64,000 bases of DNA, from NCBI GenBank assembly GCA_030429665.1, contig JAUIEZ010000008.1:498-64497 (forward strand), given 5' to 3'. The notes beneath the pieces were generated by a model. The model saw only the letters and a list, made by a program, of their open reading frames with translations. It was not told the origin of the DNA and made no database searches. Position numbers and translations under genes: made by a program. How positions within the stretch are numbered: position 1 is the first letter of the stretch; the number at the start of each line of letters is the position of its first letter. This document shows, piece after piece, positions 17,611 through 25,362 of the stretch. This DNA is from Gammaproteobacteria bacterium (lineage in GTDB: Bacteria > Pseudomonadota > Gammaproteobacteria > Arenicellales > CAJQKF01).

Positions 17611-19625
17611 TGCTGGATACGATTCGCGAGGTCGAGAACGTCTTCATTCCGATGCCGGACGGCGTCGAACTCGCCGCCCGGTTGTTCATGCCCGCCGATG
17701 CCGAAATGCATCCCGTACCGGCCATCCTCGAGTACATCCCCTATCGCAAGCGTGACCTGATGCGCGCGCGTGACGAACCCATTCACCGCTACTTCGCCGC
17801 CAACGGGTACGTGAGCGTACGCGTCGACGTGCGCGGGACCGGCGATTCCTCCGGGCTCATGGAGGACGAGTACTCGCACCAGGAACTCGACGACGCGCTG
17901 GCCATCATCGAATGGATCAGCGCGCAGCCGTGGTGCGCCGGGCCGGTCGGCATGATGGGCATATCCTGGGGTGGCTTCAACGCGTTGCAGGTCGCGGCGC
18001 TGCGGCCGCCCGCGCTTGGCGCCATCATCACGCTGTGTTCCACCGACGACCGTTATGCCGACGATGCCCATTACATGGGCGGTTGCCTGCTCAACGAGAA
18101 CATGCAATGGGGATCGATCCTCACCATGAACGCCGCCTACCCGCCGGACCCGGAAGTGGTCGGCGCGCGCTGGCGCGACATGTGGCTCGACCGCATCGAC
18201 GCCCTCGAGCCGTTCGCCGCGCGCTGGATAAGCCATCCCTGGCGCACCGAGTATTGGAAGCACGGTTCGGTGTGCGAGAACATCGACGCCATCGAAGTGC
18301 CCGTGTATGCCATCGGCGGCTGGGCGGACGGCTACAGCAACGCCGTGCCGCGCCTGGTGGAGAACCTGCGCGGCCCGCGCAAGGGCCTGGTCGGTCCATG
18401 GGCGCACAACTTTCCCCATGACGCCACGCCGGGACCTTCGATCGGGTTTCTGCAAGAGGCGGTGAGATGGTGGGACCACTGGCTCAAGGACCGTGAGACC
18501 GGCATCATGGACGAGCCGGTCTACCGGGTGTGGATGCAGGAGTGGGTGCAGCCGCAGCCCCAGTACGAGAACTGGCCCGGTCGCTGGGTAAGCGAGGAAG
18601 CGTGGCCGAGCCCGCGAATCGAGCCCATGACCCTGCAGCTCGACGTCGGCTACCTCGGCAACGACGTGACGGTCACGCGAAGTCTTTCGTTCTGTTCGCC
18701 GCAGACCACTGGCCTGCGCGGCGGCGAATGGTGCGGGTTCGGCGTGGGCGGCGAGATGCCGCCGGACCAGCGGACCGACGATGGCGGCTCGCTGGTGTTC
18801 GACAGCGATCCGCTGGAAGCCGAACTCGAGATGCTCGGTGCCCCGCTGCTGGATCTTCAGATCGCCGCCGACTCGCCCGTCGCGCTCATCGCCGCGCGCC
18901 TGTGCGACGTTGCGCCCGATGGTTCCTCGCTGCGCGTGAGCTACGGTCTGCTCAATCTGTGTCACCGCGAATCGCGTGAGTATCCCGAGCCGATGGAGCC
19001 GGGCAAGCCGTACCGCGTACGCGTGAAGCTGAACGACTTCGCGCACGTGTTCGGCGCCGGGCATCGCATTCGCTTGGCGCTGTCGTCGGCCTACTGGCCG
19101 ATCGCGTGGCCGTCGCCCGACTGGGCAACGCTCGAAGTGAGCACCAACGTCAGCACGCTGACCCTGCCGGTGAGACCGCCGCGCGCCGAAGACGACGGCC
19201 TGCGCGACTTCGAGGCGCCCGACGCCGCGCCGGGCACGCCGCATACGAAAATTCGTCGAATGCCCATGCGGCGGACCGTGGAAATCGACCTGACCACCAA
19301 CGAGATGGTCTACACGCTGCGCAGCGACGGCGGCGAGCTGGAAGGCGCCGCACTGGCGCGGATCGAGGACATAGACCTCGAGATTGGCTACACCATCACC
19401 AAGCGCTACCGCATCCTGGAGGACGATCCGCTGTCGGCCCAGACCGAGCTCGTCCAGCACGCGCGGTTTCGACGCGGCGACTGGCTGGTACGGCTCGAGT
19501 GCCGCAGCAGCCTGCGCGGCACCCGGGACGCCTTCCAGTTCGACTGCCACCTGGAGGCATACGAGGGTGACGAGCCGGTGCGCACCCGGGAGTTCATTAG
19601 AAGCATTCCGCGCCGATTGGTCTGA
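17607..19625 (+). CDS. CocE/NonD family hydrolase (S15 X-Pro dipeptidyl-peptidase-like alpha/beta hydrolase)
   Basis: 672 aa. ILEYIPYRK ... GYVSVRVDVRGTGDSSG ... GMMGISWGGF (GxSxG). The long C-terminal beta-sandwich is typical of the CocE/NonD family. Confidence 0.9.
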   Translation: MMLDTIREVENVFIPMPDGVELAARLFMPADAEMHPVPAILEYIPYRKRDLMRARDEPIHRYFAANGYVSVRVDVRGTGDSSGLMEDEYSHQELDDALAIIEWISAQPWCAGPVGMMGISWGGFNALQVAALRPPALGAIITLCSTDDRYADDAHYMGGCLLNENMQWGSILTMNAAYPPDPEVVGARWRDMWLDRIDALEPFAARWISHPWRTEYWKHGSVCENIDAIEVPVYAIGGWADGYSNAVPRLVENLRGPRKGLVGPWAHNFPHDATPGPSIGFLQEAVRWWDHWLKDRETGIMDEPVYRVWMQEWVQPQPQYENWPGRWVSEEAWPSPRIEPMTLQLDVGYLGNDVTVTRSLSFCSPQTTGLRGGEWCGFGVGGEMPPDQRTDDGGSLVFDSDPLEAELEMLGAPLLDLQIAADSPVALIAARLCDVAPDGSSLRVSYGLLNLCHRESREYPEPMEPGKPYRVRVKLNDFAHVFGAGHRIRLALSSAYWPIAWPSPDWATLEVSTNVSTLTLPVRPPRAEDDGLRDFEAPDAAPGTPHTKIRRMPMRRTVEIDLTTNEMVYTLRSDGGELEGAALARIEDIDLEIGYTITKRYRILEDDPLSAQTELVQHARFRRGDWLVRLECRSSLRGTRDAFQFDCHLEAYEGDEPVRTREFIRSIPRRLV

Positions 19626-19629
19626 TGCG

Positions 19630-20637
19630 TCAGGCGATGCCGCAGCGCTTGCATGCGGTATCGACGATGGCCTGCAGCAATTGCGCGTACGTCCGGCCGG
19701 CGAAGCCGGCCATCAACGCCAGCTTGGCATCATATCCCCAGGCCGGGTTGGTGTTGGCTTCCATGAGCTTGATGATGCCGTCGCGGCCGCGGCGAAAATC
19801 GAAGCGTCCGTAATCGCGAAGCCCCAGGCGTTTGAACAACCGGTGCGAGTGGTTGATCAGCTCGGCCGCCTCGTCTTCGGTCACCTCGGCGGGTTTGTAG
19901 CGTATGTCGGTCCAGTAGGGCGAGTCCGGCATTGCCTTCGACTCGTAGGAGAGGATCGGGTTGAGGCCCTCGGGAAGGCCCGAGAAATCCACCTCCAGGA
20001 GCGGTAGTGCCTCGATCTCGTCGCCATTGCCGATCAACCCGACGCCGTACTCGGTGCCCGTCAGGTATTCCTGGAACAAGGCGTCGCGCCCCGGTAGCGC
20101 CGCGATGTACCAATCGAGATAGGCGCGCGCCTCCTCGGGCGAGCGAACCACCGCGTCCTTGGTGATGCCCAGGCTGCCGTCGGCGCGATTGGGCTTGATG
20201 AGTGCGGGGTAGGGGCCTTGCGGCGGCGGCGCCGAGAGCGTTTCGAAGGGTAGGTACATCTGCTCCGGTACGGGGATGCGCATGTCCTCGGCCACCAGGC
20301 GCACGACGGCCTTGTCGTAGACCATGGCCAGCGCGGCGGGCGGCGACCCGGTATAGGGAATGCCGAGCAATTCGAGATAGGCCGGGACATGCGGTTCGAG
20401 AACGATCCGGTTGCGAAAACCGGTGTCGCAGAAGTTCACCACCAGGTCGAAACGGGTCTCGCGCACCATGTCGAGCAGCGGTCCGTGATCGGCCAGCACC
20501 GTGCACTCCACGCCCGGCATCGAAGCGAACGTGTCTTCCATGACGCGGTGCACGCCGAGGTCTGCCTCGTTGTAGCGGCCGCCGACCTTCTCCGGATCCT
20601 CGACGGTATGGTCGCCCGTGATCACCAGTATCTTCAT
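19630..20637 (-). CDS. D-alanine--D-alanine ligase family ATP-grasp protein
   Basis: Start at MKILVITGD (ATG 20637, GAGGGAGG RBS). YTGSPPAALAMVYDKAVVRLVAEDMRIP ... ALIKPNRADGSLGI ... FQEYL.G.EYGVGLIGN ... GRFDFR....G.IKLMEANTNP are Ddl-like motifs. Confidence 0.85.
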   Translation of the reverse strand: MKILVITGDHTVEDPEKVGGRYNEADLGVHRVMEDTFASMPGVECTVLADHGPLLDMVRETRFDLVVNFCDTGFRNRIVLEPHVPAYLELLGIPYTGSPPAALAMVYDKAVVRLVAEDMRIPVPEQMYLPFETLSAPPPQGPYPALIKPNRADGSLGITKDAVVRSPEEARAYLDWYIAALPGRDALFQEYLTGTEYGVGLIGNGDEIEALPLLEVDFSGLPEGLNPILSYESKAMPDSPYWTDIRYKPAEVTEDEAAELINHSHRLFKRLGLRDYGRFDFRRGRDGIIKLMEANTNPAWGYDAKLALMAGFAGRTYAQLLQAIVDTACKRCGIA

Positions 20638-21070
20638 GTCGATCTCGAAACCTCCCTCGTCAACGCCGGTGGTGTGATGTCCATTGTATTGACGGTGCAC
20701 GCCTGTTGCGAACCGCGCATGCGGCGCATGTCCCATCGCGCCGAATGGCGTCGTTTACCGATAATTAACGATTCGTGCGAGATTTCGCTTGTCCCGCGTA
20801 TGCGTCCGCAATCACGGCGGTTTCCGCCGTTGATTGGGTTTTTCCGGCCAGGTTGTTACCGATGCGGACCGCCGAAAGCCGGTCGCGACGGTCAAAACTT
20901 CATTGACCAAATGGCGATTGCCACTTATCGTTTCGTCTCCCTTGCCGAGAGGCGATTTTGTCCCTTCGCGACTCGCCGGCCTTTTTGCGAGCGCCGGACC
21001 GTTCAAGCCATTCGGAGATTGGTCGTCGGTGATCGGTCGGTCCGGGGAAAAATTCTCGACGGGCACGAAC

Positions 21071-22180
21071 TTGGTATCGATCTTCAAGCAATTATTCGGC
21101 GTTGTCGTCATCGCCGGCATGGTCTATGGCGGCCACGTGGCGTGGGAGCGCTATACGCTTGCGCGCGCAGCCGCCACACCGGCGTCGACGCAATCCTCGG
21201 CGCCCGAGGGCACGCCGGTGGAGTTGGCGCTTGCCGTCACCGCCCCCCGGCAAACGCGCATCGAGGCGGTCGGCTCCACGCTGGCGCGGCGCTCCGTCGA
21301 GATCAAGCCGCTGACCAGCGGGCGCATCGAGGCGATTCATTTCGAGACCGGCAGGCCGGTCGAGTCCGGCAGCGTGCTGGTCTCGCTGGACGACGACATA
21401 GAGCGCGCCAACGTCGCCGAAGCCGAGGCCGCATTGAACGAGGCCAGGCTGGCACTCGATCGGGCCAACATGCTGCGCCAGTCGAGCACCGTGTCGCAGG
21501 CGCAACTCGAAACGTTGATCTCGCAACATGCCATCGCCCGCGCTGCGCTCGACCGGGCACGGCGGCGGCTCGCCGACCGCGAGGTTCGCGCTCCCTTCGC
21601 CGGCATTACCGGCCTGGCGCGCGTCGACCCGGGCGCCATCGTCGACGACGACACCATTATCACGACGCTAGACGATCGTCGCGAGATCGACGTCGAGTTC
21701 GCCTTGCCCGAGACCTTGTACGGCCGCGTCGCCGCCGGCGTACCGGTGGTCGCGACGGCGGCCGCTTTTCCCGAGCGGCGATTCGACGGCGAAATCCTGT
21801 CCGTGGACAGTCGTGTCGACCCGACCGGCCGGTCCTTCAAGGTGCGGGCGCGAATACCCAACGAGGATCGGCTTCTGCCGGCCGGCATGTTCGTGCACCT
21901 GACCGTGGTGCTGGAGGAACGCCTGGCGCTCGTCGTGCCCGAGGAAGCGGTGGTTGCCGAGGGAGAATCGGTCTACGTCTGGGTCGCCGACGACGAGAAC
22001 CGCGCCGCGCGACGCGAAGTGTCGTTGGGACAGCGCGAAGCCGGATCGGTCGAGGTGGTCGAGGGCCTGGAAGCTGGTGAGCGCGTGGTGGTGCGCGGTG
22101 TACAGCGGCTGCGCGACGGCGCGCCGCTGCGCGTGCTCGGCGAGAGAGACGCGGGCGCCGGGAACGGCAAAAGCACGTGA
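21071..22180 (+). CDS. RND efflux periplasmic adaptor (MFP)
   Basis: TM anchor LFGVVVIAGMVYGG, then lipoyl / coiled-coil / beta-barrel pattern (LVSLDDDIERANVAEAEAAL ... VRAPFAGITG ... GMFVHL). The ORF is open from 20834, but 20834-21070 is AT-richer and non-coding-like, so TTG 21071 is preferred. The start is uncertain. Confidence 0.85.
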   Translation: MVSIFKQLFGVVVIAGMVYGGHVAWERYTLARAAATPASTQSSAPEGTPVELALAVTAPRQTRIEAVGSTLARRSVEIKPLTSGRIEAIHFETGRPVESGSVLVSLDDDIERANVAEAEAALNEARLALDRANMLRQSSTVSQAQLETLISQHAIARAALDRARRRLADREVRAPFAGITGLARVDPGAIVDDDTIITTLDDRREIDVEFALPETLYGRVAAGVPVVATAAAFPERRFDGEILSVDSRVDPTGRSFKVRARIPNEDRLLPAGMFVHLTVVLEERLALVVPEEAVVAEGESVYVWVADDENRAARREVSLGQREAGSVEVVEGLEAGERVVVRGVQRLRDGAPLRVLGERDAGAGNGKST

Positions 22181-25100
22181 CGCTGTCGGAGTTATCCATA
22201 CGGCGGCCGGTATTCGCGGCCGTGGTCAGCCTGCTGATCATCGTATTCGGCATCTCGGCGCTGCTGCAGCTACCCGTGCGCGAACTGCCCGACGTGGATG
22301 CGCCGGTCGTGACCGTGACCACGACATACACCGGCGCGGCGCCGGAAATCATCGACACCGATATCACCGAGATCATCGAGGGCGCCATCGCCGGGGTGAG
22401 CGGCGTCAAGACGATCAGTTCGGAAAGCCGCCGTGACCGCAGCCGGGTGATTGTGGAGTTCGACATCGGGCGTAACATCGACGAGGCCGCCAACGACGTG
22501 CGCGACGCGGTGGGTCGGGTGCGCGGCGAACTGCCCGACGACGTGGACGAGCCGAGGGTGGTCAAGAGCGACAGCGATGCCGATCCGGTAATGCGCCTGG
22601 CGGTGACGTCGGACCGCATGACGCCGGCCGAGGTAACCGACTACGCCGAACGCTTCATCATCGAACGGCTCTCGACGCTGGACGGCGTATCTTCCATCGA
22701 CACCTGGGGTGAGCGGCGACAGGCAATCCGCATCTGGCTGGACCGCCGCGCGCTGGCTGCGCGCAACCTGACGGTGGCCGACATCGAGAACGCCCTGCGG
22801 CGCAACAACGTGGAGCTGCCGAGCGGCGAGATCGAATCCTCGACGAGGTTGTTCACGGTGCGCGTCGACAGCCGTCTGAGTGAAGTCGAACAGTTCCGCC
22901 GCATCGTCGTCGACCGGGTAGCCGGCTACCCGGTGCGCCTGTCGGACGTCGCCCAGGTCGAACTGGGCGTGGAGGCCGACGAGACCTTCGTTCGAAACAA
23001 CGGCCGCACCGCCCTGGGGCTGGCGGTGGCGCGCCAGTCGCAGGCCAACACCATGGCGATCTCGCGGGCGGTGCGTGCAGAGATCGAGCGGCTCAAACCC
23101 ACCCTGCCGGAGGGCATGGAAATCCTGGTCGGCTCGGACGACGCGTTGTTCATCGCCTCGTCGATTCGCGAGGTGGGCATCGCGCTCGGTATCTCGCTGA
23201 CCCTCGTGCTGCTGGTGATCCTGCTGTTCCTGATGTCGTTTCGCGCCACGCTCATTCCCGCCATCGCCATACCGGTCTCGGTGATCGGCTGTTTCGCGCT
23301 GATTTACGCGTTGGGGTTTTCCATCAACGTGCTGACGCTGCTTGCGTTGGTGCTCGCGATCGGACTGGTGGTGGACGACGCCATCATCGTCATCGAGAAC
23401 ATCCAGCGACGCATCGATGCCGGCGAAACGCCGTTGGTGGCGAGCGTGATGGGTTCTCGCCAGGTGACCTTCGCGGTGATCGCCACCTCCATCACGCTGA
23501 TCTCCGTGTTCGTGCCGATCTCATTCCTGCAAGGCGCGGCGGGCCGGTTGTTCACCGAATTCGGTTTCGTCATGGCCAGCTCGGTGGCGATTTCCATGTT
23601 CGTCGCGCTTTCCGCCTGTCCGGCGTTGTCGTCGAAGGTGCTCAAGCCGGCCTTCGGCAACCACCATGGCGGCGGGCGCCGCGGGCCCATGGCGCGCCTT
23701 GCGCGCGCCTACTCGAAGCTGCTTTCCGGCGCGTTGTCGGTGCCGCTGGTCGTCATCACCGTGGCGCTCGTTTACTCGGCGGGCGCCTTCATCACCTTCC
23801 AGCAACTGCCGCGCGAACTGACGCCGCGCGAGGATCGCGGCGTGTTGTTCGTTCCGCTGACCACGCCGCAAGGCTCCAACGTGGAGTTTACCGACGAGCA
23901 GACCCGGGAGGTGGAGAACATTCTCGCGCCGCTGGTGGACAGCGGCGAGGTCACCAGCCTGTATTCGATCGTGGGAAGCTGGGGCAGGCCGTATCGCGCC
24001 TTCGTCGTTCTGCGCCTGGCCCACTGGTCGGAGCGCGAACGAAGCGCCAGCGACATCGTGACCGCCATCGCCCCGGACGTCACCGGTCTGGCCGGCGCGC
24101 GAGGTTACCCCGCGGCCCCCGCCGGCCTCGGCCTGCGCGGTTCGTCCACGCCGCTGCGCGTGGTCGTGAGCGGGCCGGATTTCGAGAGCGTCAAGGAATG
24201 GTCGCAGACGCTGCTGGCGCGCGCCCGCGACAACCCGAATCTGCGCAATGCCCAGGTCGATTTCGAGCAGAACCAGCCGCAGATCAACCTGTCGGTGAAT
24301 CGCGCCCGGGCAGACGACCTGGGAATACCGGTGCAAACCGTGGCCGCCACGTTGCAGACCATGCTGGCGTCGCGGCAGATCACCGATTTTATCGACCGCG
24401 GTCGCGAGTACCCGGTAATCGTCCAGGCCCACCAGCAGGACCGCCGCACGCCGAGCGATATCTCCAACATTTTCGTGCGCGCCGGTGACGGTCGCACGCT
24501 GGTGCCCATGTCCGCGCTGGTGGAGGCGAGGGAGAACGCCGCGTCGGCTTCGCTGAAGCGTTACAACCGCCTGCCGTCAATTACCATCGAAGCGGCGCTG
24601 GCGGAGGACTACGACCTGGGCGCCGCCATCGAGTACATGTTGCAGGCGGCCGCCGAGTCCTTGCCCGACGAGGCCTTCATCGGCTTTTCCGGCCAGTCGC
24701 AACAATACCTGGAAACATCGAGCGGCGTCGCCGTGACGTTCGCGCTCGCGCTGTTGATCGTGTTCCTGGTGCTCGCCGCGCAGTTCGAGAGCTGGGTGCA
24801 TCCGCTGATCATCATGTTGTCGGTGCCGCTCGCCATCGCCGGCGCCATCTATACGTTGTCGCTGACCGGTCAGTCCCTCAACCTGTACAGCCAGATCGGA
24901 ATCATTCTGCTAATCGGCCTGATGGCCAAGAACGGCATTCTCATCGTGGAGTTCGCCAACCAGCTGCGCGACGAGGGCTACAACGTCAGGGACGCGGTCA
25001 TCGAGTCGGCGACGTTGCGCCTGCGCCCGATTCTCATGACGGTTATCGCGACCATACTCGGAGCAGTGCCATTGGCCATTGCCACGGGCGCGGGTGCGGA

Positions 25101-25308
25101 GGCGCGCACCACTATCGGTTTCGTGATCATTGGCGGCCTGAGCGTCGCCACCGTGCTGACCCTGTTCCTCACGCCGGTGCTTTACAGCGTGCTGGCCGGT
25201 CTGTCGCGACCGCGGGCGGCCATCGAGCAGCAACTCGAGCGCGAACTCGTTGCCGCGGGGCCGTCGTCGTCTCCGGCCGTCGCCGAAACCGCGAAAGAGC
25301 CGTCCTGA
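22177..25308 (+). CDS. RND multidrug efflux permease (AcrB/AcrD/AcrF family)
   Basis: 1043 aa. LSELSIRRPVFAAVVSLLIIVFG N-terminus and VLAIGLVVDDAIIVIENI, with 12-TM organisation. GTG start overlaps the adaptor stop (GTGA). Confidence 0.95.
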   Translation: MTLSELSIRRPVFAAVVSLLIIVFGISALLQLPVRELPDVDAPVVTVTTTYTGAAPEIIDTDITEIIEGAIAGVSGVKTISSESRRDRSRVIVEFDIGRNIDEAANDVRDAVGRVRGELPDDVDEPRVVKSDSDADPVMRLAVTSDRMTPAEVTDYAERFIIERLSTLDGVSSIDTWGERRQAIRIWLDRRALAARNLTVADIENALRRNNVELPSGEIESSTRLFTVRVDSRLSEVEQFRRIVVDRVAGYPVRLSDVAQVELGVEADETFVRNNGRTALGLAVARQSQANTMAISRAVRAEIERLKPTLPEGMEILVGSDDALFIASSIREVGIALGISLTLVLLVILLFLMSFRATLIPAIAIPVSVIGCFALIYALGFSINVLTLLALVLAIGLVVDDAIIVIENIQRRIDAGETPLVASVMGSRQVTFAVIATSITLISVFVPISFLQGAAGRLFTEFGFVMASSVAISMFVALSACPALSSKVLKPAFGNHHGGGRRGPMARLARAYSKLLSGALSVPLVVITVALVYSAGAFITFQQLPRELTPREDRGVLFVPLTTPQGSNVEFTDEQTREVENILAPLVDSGEVTSLYSIVGSWGRPYRAFVVLRLAHWSERERSASDIVTAIAPDVTGLAGARGYPAAPAGLGLRGSSTPLRVVVSGPDFESVKEWSQTLLARARDNPNLRNAQVDFEQNQPQINLSVNRARADDLGIPVQTVAATLQTMLASRQITDFIDRGREYPVIVQAHQQDRRTPSDISNIFVRAGDGRTLVPMSALVEARENAASASLKRYNRLPSITIEAALAEDYDLGAAIEYMLQAAAESLPDEAFIGFSGQSQQYLETSSGVAVTFALALLIVFLVLAAQFESWVHPLIIMLSVPLAIAGAIYTLSLTGQSLNLYSQIGIILLIGLMAKNGILIVEFANQLRDEGYNVRDAVIESATLRLRPILMTVIATILGAVPLAIATGAGAEARTTIGFVIIGGLSVATVLTLFLTPVLYSVLAGLSRPRAAIEQQLERELVAAGPSSSPAVAETAKEPS

Positions 25309-25362
25309 CGGCGGCGCGCGAATCGCGCGACGACCGTACGATATCGAGATGCGGCTGCGTCG

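Noticed and set aside
17538-19550. 670-aa minus-strand ORF
   Set aside because: It is antisense to the CocE/NonD hydrolase, which has an unambiguous GxSxG and family pattern. Shadow ORF.
20834-21070. 79-codon N-terminal extension of the second RND adaptor
   Set aside because: The segment is visibly AT-richer and its translation has no TM or lipobox. The membrane anchor begins right after TTG 21071. The start remains uncertain.
25315-25329. Palindrome CGCGCGA-a-TCGCGCG between the convergent RND pump and NRPS-like genes, considered as a terminator
   Set aside because: A 1-nt loop is sterically impossible, leaving at best a 5-6 bp stem. There is no U-tract on either strand.
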